Positions 28,141-37,605 of a DNA stretch of 64,000 bases are shown here, piece after piece. How positions within the stretch are numbered: position 1 is the first letter of the stretch; the number at the start of each line of letters is the position of its first letter. The notes beneath the pieces are model-generated. The model ran no database searches. It saw only the letters and a list, made by a program, of their open reading frames with translations, and was not told where the DNA came from. The position numbers and the translations under genes were made by a program. Origin of the DNA: Terriglobales bacterium (GTDB lineage: Bacteria; Acidobacteriota; Terriglobia; Terriglobales; Acidobacteriaceae); assembly GCA_035280205.1 (NCBI GenBank), contig DATEGI010000046.1, forward strand, positions 4,698-68,697, in the 5' to 3' direction.

Positions 28141-28458
28141 ATGGATAAGAGGCCCGCAACCCGCTATGACTTCCGCTGCGAGGCGCAGTTCTGCAAGCGC
28201 GGAAGCAACGCCCCTCTGCGCGGATTCCTCAGCGACATCAGCTTGACCGGCTGTTATTTCGAGAGCATCACCCCCGAACCGGTCGGCACTCAGGTGGAAG
28301 TTATATTTCAAGCAGCCGGAGCGCCCGTGCGCTTATCTGGCGTGGTGCGGGTTGTCCACCCCAGCATGGGCATGGGCATTGAGTTTGCCGATCTTTCCCC
28401 GGATGGCGCCAAGGCGCTGCAAGGCCTGGTCAAGGCGCAGGCCGCCACCGCATCGTAA
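28141..28458 (+). CDS. PilZ domain protein (putative c-di-GMP receptor)
   Basis: RxxxR (RYDFR) and DxSxxG (DISLTG) motifs at the expected spacing. ATG 28141 preferred over GTG 28123. Confidence 0.65.
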   Translation: MDKRPATRYDFRCEAQFCKRGSNAPLRGFLSDISLTGCYFESITPEPVGTQVEVIFQAAGAPVRLSGVVRVVHPSMGMGIEFADLSPDGAKALQGLVKAQAATAS

Positions 28459-28520
28459 ACCTGCAGGGCATCGCGACACTCCTCAGTAGAGACATAACCT
28501 GTTACGTCTCCAAAAAATAA

Positions 28521-28588
28521 AGTTGGCAACTGGTAGTTAATAGTTGGTTATATCCGCTTACTACCAACTACCAACTACCGATTTGCAA
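28521..28588. repeat. Heptad-word hairpin (AGTTGGC AACTGGT AGTTAAT AGTTGGT ... TACTACC AACTACC AACTACC GATTTGC)
   Basis: Complementary arms around an 11-nt loop. Located between convergent PilZ and ABM-like genes. Confidence 0.85.
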
Positions 28589-28673
28589 TTCTCTGCGCCC
28601 GTGCGTTGAACACAGACAAAACGGCCCCGGCGGGGCGAAGGCCGGGGCCGTTTGCGCAGCGAGGGCTTGCCGT

Positions 28674-28997
28674 TCAAGCCGCCACTGCGGCAATCACATG
28701 CTCGGAGATGGTGGTTTCGACCTTGAAGGTGTTCACCACGACCGGCATGATCAGATATGGCTTAATGATTTCATTCAGCTTGGGGAAGGTTTCGCGCTCA
28801 TAGCGCTCTGCATCGGCCTTGGTGTGCCACAGGGTCAGGAAGCAGAACTTCTCCGGTTTGGTGTCGTGCTCCAGTCCGATGATGTCGGCGAAGCCGGTCT
28901 GCCGTTTGAGGATGGGCATGATCTCTTCGCGCATCTTCTTCAGGAATTCAGGTTTCTTTTCCAGCTTTAGATTGCCTTCCAGCATGCGTGCGAACAT
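28674..28997 (-). CDS. Small ferredoxin-fold protein, ABM (antibiotic biosynthesis monooxygenase)/Dabb-like
   Basis: AAGGAGAG SD and 107 aa. The fold assignment rests on beta-alpha-beta pattern resemblance only. Confidence 0.55.
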   Translation of the reverse strand: MFARMLEGNLKLEKKPEFLKKMREEIMPILKRQTGFADIIGLEHDTKPEKFCFLTLWHTKADAERYERETFPKLNEIIKPYLIMPVVVNTFKVETTISEHVIAAVAA

Positions 28998-29225
28998 TTT
29001 GAAAGCTCTCCTTTGCTATGAAATTGGGACTCCTGATTTAAGCCCGCCTTGTGGCGGGGAAGGGTCGGTTGCGCCAGATGTTTAGGCTGCTTGTCGGATA
29101 CAAAAAGCCTAAATCTCGGGGAGCAGCGGAGGAGTGCTGGCCAGAAAAAAAATTTGCCTTAGGTGCCAAATTGGGAGGCGATACAGATTATCCAAGCAAC
29201 ATCGGATGCTATCGCGCCCCGCGCC

Positions 29226-30689
29226 TCACGATGCTTCCGGCGACGTGACGGCGGAAGCGCGGGCTTCCGTTGCTTTGCTCAGCGGCAGGCGCACCCACAC
29301 GCAGGTTCCCTCATGCAGCTTGCTCTCGGCGTGGATCCTGCCGCCATAAGCTTCCACAATGGCCTTGGCGATGGCCAACCCCAGGCCGAAGCCCCCGGTT
29401 TCGCGGGAGCGCGAACGATCGCCGCGCCGGAAGCGCTCGAAAATGTAGGGAAGGTCTTCCACGGCGATTCCGGTGCCCCAATCCCGCACGTTGACGCAGG
29501 CGCTGTCGCCTTCGTGCTGCAGTTGCAGCCGCACCACTGAGGTCGGCGGGCTATGCTGGATGGCATTCTCCAGCAAATTCACCCACACCAACTCGAGGTC
29601 GTCGGGATCGGCATGTACCTCGCCGCCAGCCTGGCTGGACAATTGAACCTCCACGCACCGTGCCGTGGCCAGGGCCTTGATTCGCGCCACTGCCATCTCG
29701 CAGGTGGAGGCCAGGTCTGCCACTTCCAGCGTTTGCTGCCCGCCATCGGCCGCCTGCTGTTCCGCGCGCGCCAGGCGCAGCATGCGGTTGAGCAACTCCT
29801 CCAGCCGGTCCACGTCTCCCATCAGTTCCAGCAGACCGCCGCGGTACTCGTGTGGCGAGCGCGGCTTCTGCAGCAGCGACTGGAAGGTGGATTTAAGGAT
29901 GGCTACCGAGGTCTTCAGCTCGTGGGCTGCGTCAGCCAGGAACTCGCGCTGCTGCACAAAGGCCAGCTCCAGTTTGCCCAGCACAGTTTCGATGGCCTGC
30001 GCCAGCGGCGCTAGTTCGGGCGCATCCAGGGCGGCTTGTGGCGGACGGAAGTTCCAGTTCTTTACCGAAATGCCGGCGGCTTCTCCCGCCAGGTCGCGCA
30101 GCGGCCACAGCCCCCGGCGTATCGCCCAGGCGGCCAGCAAGCCGGTGAGCGCCAGCAGCAGCAGGCTGGCCCCGCCTACCATCAGGCCGACCTCGTCGGC
30201 GCGGCGCGTAATGTCCAGCGTGGGTGCGGCGTAGAAGACGTCCACGTTAACGTCGGTGTCCAGATTGTCGATCTCGGAATCGCGAATGGATACTTTACGC
30301 AGAATCAGGCCGCGATAGGGTACTCCCCTCGCTATGAAATTCCAGTACTCCCCTCGCGCCGGTTCGCCCTGAAGGAATGCCGCGTCGAAATTCGTCGAGT
30401 GCGCTTGGAATTCCCGGATCGTGCTCGTCACCTGGTAAATGTCGGGGTGCAGCGCGTCGAAAGGAGGCGGAGCTTCGTCGGCGTCTAGCAGTAGCCCCGG
30501 CTTGCCCTCCGGGGGATAGTAGACCAGCGCGGCGATGGCGCGGGCCTTGCCCTGCAGGCTCATGTCGAAAGCGGCCAGCAACTGGCGCCGAGCGAAAGTG
30601 ATGCCCACGAGCACCAACCCGACCGCCAGCATGAGCTGCGCCCCGACAACAACTGCGGTAATCCGGCCTGTGAGCGAAAGGCGTTTCAT
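29226..30689 (-). CDS. Two-component sensor histidine kinase (TM-periplasmic-TM-HAMP-HisKA-HATPase)
   Basis: H-box AAHELKTSVAIL, N/G boxes (NLLENAIQHS, DWGTGI, GGFGLGLAIAK). Confidence 0.9.
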   Translation of the reverse strand: MKRLSLTGRITAVVVGAQLMLAVGLVLVGITFARRQLLAAFDMSLQGKARAIAALVYYPPEGKPGLLLDADEAPPPFDALHPDIYQVTSTIREFQAHSTNFDAAFLQGEPARGEYWNFIARGVPYRGLILRKVSIRDSEIDNLDTDVNVDVFYAAPTLDITRRADEVGLMVGGASLLLLALTGLLAAWAIRRGLWPLRDLAGEAAGISVKNWNFRPPQAALDAPELAPLAQAIETVLGKLELAFVQQREFLADAAHELKTSVAILKSTFQSLLQKPRSPHEYRGGLLELMGDVDRLEELLNRMLRLARAEQQAADGGQQTLEVADLASTCEMAVARIKALATARCVEVQLSSQAGGEVHADPDDLELVWVNLLENAIQHSPPTSVVRLQLQHEGDSACVNVRDWGTGIAVEDLPYIFERFRRGDRSRSRETGGFGLGLAIAKAIVEAYGGRIHAESKLHEGTCVWVRLPLSKATEARASAVTSPEAS

Positions 30690-30696
30690 CTAAGAC

Positions 30697-30770
30697 CAAG
30701 TTTCCAGTTTCAGGTTTCAAGTTTCCCGCCGTTTCGGCTCGGGAAACTCGAAACTTGCAACTCGAAACTA
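30697..30770. repeat. Heptad-word hairpin (CAAGTTT CCAGTTT CAGGTTT CAAGTTT CCCG...CGGG AAACTCG AAACTTG CAACTCG AAACTAT)
   Basis: Fills the response regulator-to-kinase intergenic gap. The right arm contains the regulator's stop codon. Confidence 0.9.
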
Positions 30771-31454
30771 TCTTTTTCCCTCTCCCGCTCGCAGCGCGTA
30801 TCCCTGCCCGCGCAGGGTGTGAATCAGCTTTACCGGCGCTCCATCGTCAATCTTCCGGCGCAGCCCCGAAATGTACACCTCAATCACGTTGCTGAACTTC
30901 TCCCAGTTATAGTCGTACAAATGTTCCAGGAGTTCCGTTTTTGAAACCACCGCCCGTGGCCGGTGCGCCAGGTACTCCAGCACCCGGTATTCCATGGGAG
31001 TCAGCGTGACCTCTCGCCCGCTGCGCCGTACCGAGCGCTCGATGGTGTTGACCTCCAGGTCGCCCACCACCAGCATGGGCGTCGGCTGTCCCTTGGCGCG
31101 CCGCACCAGCGCCTTGGCCCGCGCCAGGAACTCTCCCAGATCGAACGGCTTAGCCAGGTAATCGTCGGCACCCGCATTGAGCAGGGTCACGACCGATTGC
31201 TTCTCATCGCGCGCCGTCAGCACCAGCACCGGTGTCTTGTTGCCCTGTCGCCGGTAGCGCCGCAGCAATTCCAGGCCGTCCAGCTTGGGCAGCATGAGGT
31301 CGAGCACAATCAGGTCGTAGGCCACCGACTCGGCCAGGTGCAGCCCGTTCTGGCCGTCCAGGGCGACATCCACGGCCCAGGCCGCATTCTCCTTCAGGCT
31401 GCGGGCCACGTTTTCCGCCAGCCGCCGCTCGTCCTCGATTACCAGCACCCGCAT
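30768..31454 (-). CDS. OmpR/PhoB-family response regulator
   Basis: MRVLVIEDE..., phospho-acceptor DLIVLDLMLP, winged-helix C-terminus (TLRGQGYAL). ATG at 31454. Confidence 0.92.
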   Translation of the reverse strand: MRVLVIEDERRLAENVARSLKENAAWAVDVALDGQNGLHLAESVAYDLIVLDLMLPKLDGLELLRRYRRQGNKTPVLVLTARDEKQSVVTLLNAGADDYLAKPFDLGEFLARAKALVRRAKGQPTPMLVVGDLEVNTIERSVRRSGREVTLTPMEYRVLEYLAHRPRAVVSKTELLEHLYDYNWEKFSNVIEVYISGLRRKIDDGAPVKLIHTLRGQGYALRAGEGKR

Positions 31455-31659
31455 CTCCTCCAGATTATCCGGCCCGCGGGCGTCGCGCACAAGCGCCCAC
31501 TGTGAGCCTACTGCCGGCAGGCTTAAGCCTCGCTTAAAGCCCAATTTCGCACGGAAATTCTGCCGCCGTTTCCTCCTCTCCCGGTTCCGGAGTTAGACTT
31601 GATAGTTTGCAAATCCGCGTTCTTCCGCGCTATTCGCGGGGGCGCACGCGAGGGAACTC

Positions 31660-32877
31660 ATGGCGACCCAGACCTCCACCCGCCCGCAGCTCTCCTACCT
31701 CACCGAGCAACTGGACCAACTCAAGCAGAAAGGCACCTACTTCCGTTTGCGCGTGCTGGAGGACGAGCAGGCCCCGGAGTGCACCTTCGACGGCAAGAAG
31801 GTCATCAACCTGGCTTCCAACAACTACCTGGGCCTGACCACCCATCCCAAGCTGCGCCAGGCCGCGCTGGATGCCACGCGCAAGTACGGCGTGGGCTCGG
31901 GCGCGGTGCGCACCATCGCGGGCACCATGAAAATCCACATGGAGCTGGAGGAGAAGATCGCCCGCTTCAAGAATGTGGAAGCCTCGGTGGTCTTCCAGTC
32001 GGGCTTTGCCGCCAATGCCGGCACCGTCTCCGCCGTGCTGGGCAAGGAAGACTTCATCATCTCCGATGAACTGAACCACGCTTCCATCATTGACGGAGCC
32101 CGCCTCTCCCGCGCCACCATCAAGGTATTCCGCCATAAAGACATTGCGCACGCCGAAGCGCTGCTCAAGGAAGTTGCCAGCCAGCCCGGCCACAAGCTGC
32201 TGATCAGCGATGGTGTCTTCTCTATGGACGGCGATGTCGCGCCCTTGCCCGCGCTCTGCGATCTGGCGGAGAAATATGGCGCCATCATGATGGTGGACGA
32301 CGCGCATGCCTCCGGCGTGCTCGGCCGTAACGGCCGCGGCACCATTGATCACTTCAAAGTGCACGGCCGCGTGGACATCCAGGTGGGCACGCTTTCCAAG
32401 GCTATTGGCGTGCTCGGCGGCTACGTGTGCGGCTCCCGCGACCTGATTGATTTCCTCTACCACCGCGCCCGTCCATTCCTGTTCTCCACCTCTCATCCGC
32501 CTTCGGTGGCCGCCACTTGCATGGCCGCCTTTGAGGTTCTGGAGCAGGAGCCTGAGCGGATCGAGAAATTGTGGGAGAACACGCGCTACTGGAAGAAGGA
32601 ACTGGGTAACCTGGGCTACAACATTGGCGGCGTGAACACTCCTGCCAGCGAAACGCCCATCACGCCCATCATTATCGGCGACGGCAAGCTCACCATGGAC
32701 TTCTCCCGCGAGCTGTTCAAAGAAGGCGTGCTGGGCACGGGCATTGCCTTTCCCACCGTGCCCGAGGGTAAGGCGCGCGTGCGCACTATCATGACCGCCA
32801 CCCACACACGCGAGGAATTGGACCGGGCTTTGGATGTGTTAAAGCGCGTGGGTCAGCGCATGGGAATTCTGCGATAG
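31660..32877 (+). CDS. kbl: Glycine C-acetyltransferase (2-amino-3-ketobutyrate CoA ligase)
   Basis: Alpha-oxoamine synthase family. PLP lysine in GTLSKAIG; N-terminal pattern typical of Kbl. Confidence 0.92.
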   Translation: MATQTSTRPQLSYLTEQLDQLKQKGTYFRLRVLEDEQAPECTFDGKKVINLASNNYLGLTTHPKLRQAALDATRKYGVGSGAVRTIAGTMKIHMELEEKIARFKNVEASVVFQSGFAANAGTVSAVLGKEDFIISDELNHASIIDGARLSRATIKVFRHKDIAHAEALLKEVASQPGHKLLISDGVFSMDGDVAPLPALCDLAEKYGAIMMVDDAHASGVLGRNGRGTIDHFKVHGRVDIQVGTLSKAIGVLGGYVCGSRDLIDFLYHRARPFLFSTSHPPSVAATCMAAFEVLEQEPERIEKLWENTRYWKKELGNLGYNIGGVNTPASETPITPIIIGDGKLTMDFSRELFKEGVLGTGIAFPTVPEGKARVRTIMTATHTREELDRALDVLKRVGQRMGILR

Positions 32878-33033
32878 AGCGACCGCAGAACTTGGGTCGT
32901 CCCTCTGAGACTCATTTCCGCCGGCTATTTTACCCAGGACTGCCGTCCTGGGCTTTACTATCCCGCCCCTGCGGGGCTGACGCAGGTTTGGGCCAAAGTA
33001 TGAAAGCGCAGGTGAACACCTGGCGGGTGGCTG

Positions 33034-33075
33034 CTGATAACTGACCACTGACAACTGACCACTGACAACTGATTT
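33034..33075. repeat. Heptad array CTGATAA CTGACCA CTGACAA CTGACCA CTGACAA CTGATTT
   Basis: Six CTGAnnn units ending at the stop codon of the Cys-rich miniprotein gene. Same word family as the reverse complement of 21675-21716. Confidence 0.9.
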
Positions 33076-33309
33076 CTACCCACACTGCCCGTCGCCGTGG
33101 CACTTGCGCCGCGGAAACGAGCAAGCATGCGGCTCGGCGACTTTGCCATCCGGCCCGATGCAGGTCTGAGTGTAAACGCACCAGTAGTTGCCGTCGTTCG
33201 AGCGCTGCACGGTGGGGTCAGGCTCGGAATCGTAGAACTGCCGCTTCCAGCGCAGGCCCGGGCACAGGTTGGGATTCTCAGTATTGAACCGCTCCTGTTC
33301 GCTGATCAT
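33076..33309 (-). CDS. Cys-rich miniprotein (77 aa, 6 Cys), translationally coupled to the molybdoenzyme FAD subunit
   Basis: ATGA start/stop overlap at 33306-33309. GGAGGGAGG SD inside the 3' end of the upstream gene. Cys at positions 16, 44, 50, 63, 70 and 76. Confidence 0.6.
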   Translation of the reverse strand: MISEQERFNTENPNLCPGLRWKRQFYDSEPDPTVQRSNDGNYWCVYTQTCIGPDGKVAEPHACSFPRRKCHGDGQCG

Positions 33310-34298
33310 GCCTCGCCTCCCTCCGCCTTGCCCTTTGCTGCCTGCAAAATTGCGCGCTTCACCGCCACGCGTGCCAGTTGGACTTTATACCCATTGTGGC
33401 TAAGCGGCTTGGCCTGGCTGACCGCAGCGTCTCCCGCCGTCTTGGCCGTCTCGTCGGTCACGGTCTTTCCGACCAGCGCCTGTGCCGCCTCCTCAGAAAC
33501 CCACGGCACCGGCGCAACGTAGCCCATCACCACCCGGGCCGAGCGGACCGTGTTGCCATTCATGTGCAGTGCGACTGCCGCCAGCGCCAGCGGCCAGTCG
33601 AAAGCTTCTTTCTGCCGCACTTCGTAGTGCGCGTACCTGCCCCCGGCCGAAGGCGGCAGGAAAATATCGGTGACAATTTCGTTCGCCTGCAGGTCGTGCT
33701 CGCGCTCGCCTTCCGCCTGGGGAGTCTTGAAGAACTTCTCCAGCGCCACTTCGCGGCTCCCCTTCGGTCCGGCAATGCGAATGCGCGCCTCATAGGCAAT
33801 CATCGCGGGCACAATGCTCGACGGGGTGACGAACAGCGCCGGTCCCTCATTGCCCAGAATCGCGTGGTAGCGGTTGTCGCCGGCCTCGACCAGGGACTTG
33901 CCCTCTGGCGTTTTCGGCGTCAGGCCGAAGCCGGAGCGGAAGTACCAGCAGCGCGGACGCTGGCAGATGTTGCCGCCGATGGTGGCCATGTTCCGGATCT
34001 GCTGGCTGGCCGCTTCCACGAGCGCGTCGGCGAAAGCAGGATAGTGCTGCTTCACCAACGGGTGGTCAGCCAAGTCGCCTAAGGAAGTCAGCGCCCCGAT
34101 CTGCATCCCGCGTGGCCCATAATGCACGCCGTTCAGCTCGTGAATCTCCTTGATGTTGACCACGCGCTTGGGCGTCAGCACGTCGTCCTTCATCAGGTTG
34201 AGCAGGTCGGTGCCGCCGGCCAGCACGGCGGCTTCGCCGGAAAGCAGTTCCACCGCCTGCTGGCGGGTTGTTGGACTGGTGTATTCGAAAGCTCGCAT
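33306..34298 (-). CDS. Molybdopterin dehydrogenase FAD-binding subunit (CoxM/PaoB/XdhB-like)
   Basis: MRAFEYTSP...LAGGTDLLNLMK FAD_binding_5 signature. ATGA overlap with the large-subunit stop at 34298. Confidence 0.9.
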   Translation of the reverse strand: MRAFEYTSPTTRQQAVELLSGEAAVLAGGTDLLNLMKDDVLTPKRVVNIKEIHELNGVHYGPRGMQIGALTSLGDLADHPLVKQHYPAFADALVEAASQQIRNMATIGGNICQRPRCWYFRSGFGLTPKTPEGKSLVEAGDNRYHAILGNEGPALFVTPSSIVPAMIAYEARIRIAGPKGSREVALEKFFKTPQAEGEREHDLQANEIVTDIFLPPSAGGRYAHYEVRQKEAFDWPLALAAVALHMNGNTVRSARVVMGYVAPVPWVSEEAAQALVGKTVTDETAKTAGDAAVSQAKPLSHNGYKVQLARVAVKRAILQAAKGKAEGGEA

Positions 34299-36661
34299 CA
34301 GGCACCTGCCTTCTGTTGCTGTTCCAGCGCCGCCAGCACGCGGTCGGGCGTGAGCGGAATGAAGGGCACGCGCACCCCAATCGCGTTGGCCACGGCGTTG
34401 GAAATGGCCGCCCCCGGAGAGACCACCGGTGGCTCGCCCAGACCAATCACTCCGCGGTTGTCGTTCATGGGGTCGGTCATCATGTGCACCACCAGCTCCG
34501 GAATGTCGCGCAGCCCGGCCAGACGGTAGAACTCCATGTTGGGATTCAGCATGCGCCCCGTTACCGGGTCGAGGATCTTCTCCTCGTAAAGCGCGTAGCT
34601 GATGCCCATGATGAGCGCGCCGTAGCACTGGCTCTCCGCCAGCTTAACGTTGATGATGAGGCCGCAGTCCTGCACCGCCACCATCTTGTTCACTTTGACG
34701 ATGCCGGTCTCCGTGTCCACAGAAACGTCGGCCATCTGCACTCCGCCCACGCCGCTGTTGATCAGGTTGCCGGGACCGGGATTCTTGCCGGTAACGCTCA
34801 GCGGCATGGCGCCCAGCTTGGCGCAGGCTTGCTTCCAGCTGAGCGACTTGCTGTGGTCGCCCTTCACCCGCACTGTGCCGTCCTTCGCTTCCAGGTCTCC
34901 GGGTTGAGCGCCGAGCGCGGGCGCCACTTTGGCGAAGAGCTGGTCCAGCGCCATCAGCGACGCGCGCCGCGTGGAGGAACTGACTCCGCCAATGGTGGTG
35001 CTGCCGCCCGAGCCGCCGTCCGGTGGGTACATGGTGTCCCCGATGTTCAGGCTGAAGGCGTTCATGGGGAGGCCCAGCGAGTCCCCCGCCACGATAAGGA
35101 TTGCGGTCCGCGTGCCTGTGCCCAGGTCCTGCGTGCCCAGCTTGATGTCCACTGAGCCGTCGGGATGGATGGTCATCATGCAATCGCCGGCATGGCCACG
35201 TCCGCCCCAGGTGTGCATGGAGAGGCCGACGCCGCGTTTAACCGGACCCTCGGCCTTATCGCCGCGCGGATGCCATTTCTGCTTCCAACCCATCAGGTCG
35301 GCGGCGATGGGGAACTCTTCCTTGTAAATGGGCGCGCGCGGGCCCGCTATCTCCAGGTTCTTGGTGAAGAATTCCAGCGGGTCCATGTTGAGCTTGTACG
35401 CCAGGTCATCGAGCGCACACATGGTGATGACCGCCGCCTGCGGGTGATTGGGAGCCCGCCAGGCGCGCGCCGGACCCTGGTTGGTGCGCACCGCCGTGTG
35501 CTGCTTGCGCTGGTTGGGGATTTCAAATACGTAGGGAATCGGCGGCGAGCCTGCCCCCGCCGGCCCGCCCGTGCCCCAGGAATTCGACTGCCAGGCCACC
35601 ACAGTTCCGTCGCGCTTGGCACCAACTTTCACGCGAGCGAACGCCGAGGGGCGAGCCCCCGCGGTCATCAGCTCGGAGTCGCGCTCCAGCATGTATTTCA
35701 CCGGCTTGCCGCCGGCGCTCTTGGAAAGCTGCGCCGTGGCAATGCCCCAGCGGTCGGGCGAAAACTTGCTGCCGAATCCGCCGCCAATGTTGTCCTGGTG
35801 CGCGCGCACATTGCCCGCGGGAATGTTCAGCGCCTGCGCATACTGCCCCGGTAGCCCCGAGACGCCCTGGGTGGAGCAGTGCACGAAAAGGTGATCGGAA
35901 CTCGGCCATTCCGCCGCCGAGCCGTGCGTTTCCAGGCAGCAGTGGGTGATCACCGAAGCTCCGTAAACTCCTTCGGAAGTCACCTCAGCAGAGGCAAATC
36001 CTTTGTCCGGGTCTCCCAGCGTCTGCGCCGCCATCTTCTGATAGGGCGGGCGCTGTTGGTTGGCGGCTTCGGGATGGTATGGCGCCGCCTTCAGCGCATT
36101 GATCACGGTGTCTGGAACGCCGTAGCCCTTCAGTTCCTTCACCATGTCATCGGTCACCTGGAAGGTCACGCCGTCTTTTTGCAGCCGGCTGATGACTTGC
36201 GCCTCCGGCACTTGGTTGCTGAGCGCGTCGTCGAGGTCGTCCTCGCTCATCGGTCCGGGAGGGCCTTCGCCGGCTCCCGGCGGCGGCTCCGCGTCGGAAA
36301 CGTTATGCGGCAATACGTCGTACTTCACCTGGATGGCACGGATGGCATCTTCCGCCGTGGGTTCGTCCACCGCCGCCACGGCGACCACATCGTCGCCCTG
36401 CCACAGGATTTCCGTTCCCGCCTTCTGCACTACCTGCACCGCTTTCACGCCCGGCATTTTTTCCGCCGCGCTGGTGTCAATGCTGGTGACACGGGCATGC
36501 GCGTAGGGACAGCGCAGCACTTTGCCGAACAGCAACCCTTTTGGGTTGTAGTCGTAGCTGTACTTGGCGCGCCCGGAAGCCTTTGCGGGCCCGTCCACGC
36601 GCGAAAAGCGTTTGCCAATCAGCGTGCGTTCCGCCGGCGCCGGCCATTTGTATTCCGCCAT
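34298..36661 (-). CDS. Xanthine dehydrogenase-family molybdopterin-binding large subunit (PaoC/CoxL-like)
   Basis: a/b-hammerhead plus Moco-binding domains; GGGFGSK motif; 787 aa. Confidence 0.92.
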   Translation of the reverse strand: MAEYKWPAPAERTLIGKRFSRVDGPAKASGRAKYSYDYNPKGLLFGKVLRCPYAHARVTSIDTSAAEKMPGVKAVQVVQKAGTEILWQGDDVVAVAAVDEPTAEDAIRAIQVKYDVLPHNVSDAEPPPGAGEGPPGPMSEDDLDDALSNQVPEAQVISRLQKDGVTFQVTDDMVKELKGYGVPDTVINALKAAPYHPEAANQQRPPYQKMAAQTLGDPDKGFASAEVTSEGVYGASVITHCCLETHGSAAEWPSSDHLFVHCSTQGVSGLPGQYAQALNIPAGNVRAHQDNIGGGFGSKFSPDRWGIATAQLSKSAGGKPVKYMLERDSELMTAGARPSAFARVKVGAKRDGTVVAWQSNSWGTGGPAGAGSPPIPYVFEIPNQRKQHTAVRTNQGPARAWRAPNHPQAAVITMCALDDLAYKLNMDPLEFFTKNLEIAGPRAPIYKEEFPIAADLMGWKQKWHPRGDKAEGPVKRGVGLSMHTWGGRGHAGDCMMTIHPDGSVDIKLGTQDLGTGTRTAILIVAGDSLGLPMNAFSLNIGDTMYPPDGGSGGSTTIGGVSSSTRRASLMALDQLFAKVAPALGAQPGDLEAKDGTVRVKGDHSKSLSWKQACAKLGAMPLSVTGKNPGPGNLINSGVGGVQMADVSVDTETGIVKVNKMVAVQDCGLIINVKLAESQCYGALIMGISYALYEEKILDPVTGRMLNPNMEFYRLAGLRDIPELVVHMMTDPMNDNRGVIGLGEPPVVSPGAAISNAVANAIGVRVPFIPLTPDRVLAALEQQQKAGA

Positions 36662-36665
36662 GACG

Positions 36666-37277
36666 TTACGCTCCCTTCGTGCCGGACATCTGCGCCACCA
36701 CTTCGCGAATGCCCTTGTAGGTGCCGCAGCGGCACAGGTTGCCGTTCAGGTGATAGCGGATCTGCTCCGCCGTGGGGTGCGGATACTTGTCCAGAAACGC
36801 CTTGCACGCAATCACAAAGCCGGGGGTGCAGAAGCCGCACTGCTGGCCGTCGTGCTCCACGAACGCTGTCTGGATGGGGTGCAGCTTGCCGCCTGTGGAA
36901 AGCGACTCGATAGTGGTGATCGGCTGGCGCTGGGCTTCAATAGCCAGCACGGTGCAGGCGTACACCGGCTTGTTGTTGAGCAGCACGGTGCAGGCGCCGC
37001 ACTCGGCGCGGTCGCATACGCGCTTGGTGCCGGTCAGGTCGAAGCTGTCGCGCAGCGCGTCCAGCAGCGTGACCCGTGGCTCCAGTTGCGCTCCGTATTT
37101 TTTGCCGTTGATGGTGAAACTCATCGGCACTTTGCCCGGGCCATGGACGGGCACCTTTTCGCCCGCTGCTTCCACCACCTGCGGCACAACCAGAGGCACA
37201 GTAGCGGCAATGCCGGAAATTTTCAGAAATTCTCTTCGCGAAACGCCGGAGGGAGTCTTCTCGTGGTCGTCAGCCAT
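36666..37277 (-). CDS. (2Fe-2S)-binding small subunit with twin-arginine (Tat) signal (PaoA-like)
   Basis: SRREFLKISGIAAT Tat motif. Two 2Fe-2S Cys clusters (CDRAECGACTV, QCGFCTPGF...CRCG). Confidence 0.9.
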   Translation of the reverse strand: MADDHEKTPSGVSRREFLKISGIAATVPLVVPQVVEAAGEKVPVHGPGKVPMSFTINGKKYGAQLEPRVTLLDALRDSFDLTGTKRVCDRAECGACTVLLNNKPVYACTVLAIEAQRQPITTIESLSTGGKLHPIQTAFVEHDGQQCGFCTPGFVIACKAFLDKYPHPTAEQIRYHLNGNLCRCGTYKGIREVVAQMSGTKGA

Positions 37278-37605
37278 TGCTGGCCTCCACTAGCGGGATG
37301 CACTGGGCGATCGAGCTGCCGCGGATGGTTGTGGTTGGTTGCGGAACGTTGACAGTTAGGCGGCGCCTGCCGCCCGTCTTCCCGTGGGCAGAGCAGTATA
37401 CAACTCCGTGCTGCCTCTTGTCCGCCCGGGACTAACTTCCTCACCGCGGATGCATGCGAATTAACACAGGATTTGAAGATCATCCTCGCAAAGCCCTTTG
37501 TGGAGCGGGAGCCCTCGCCCGCGAAGGCACTGCAGTCGCCGTGCCTTCTCTCGTTGTTACTCAGGTAATTTGAACCGGGATCAGGGCCATCGCACACTTG
37601 CGAAG

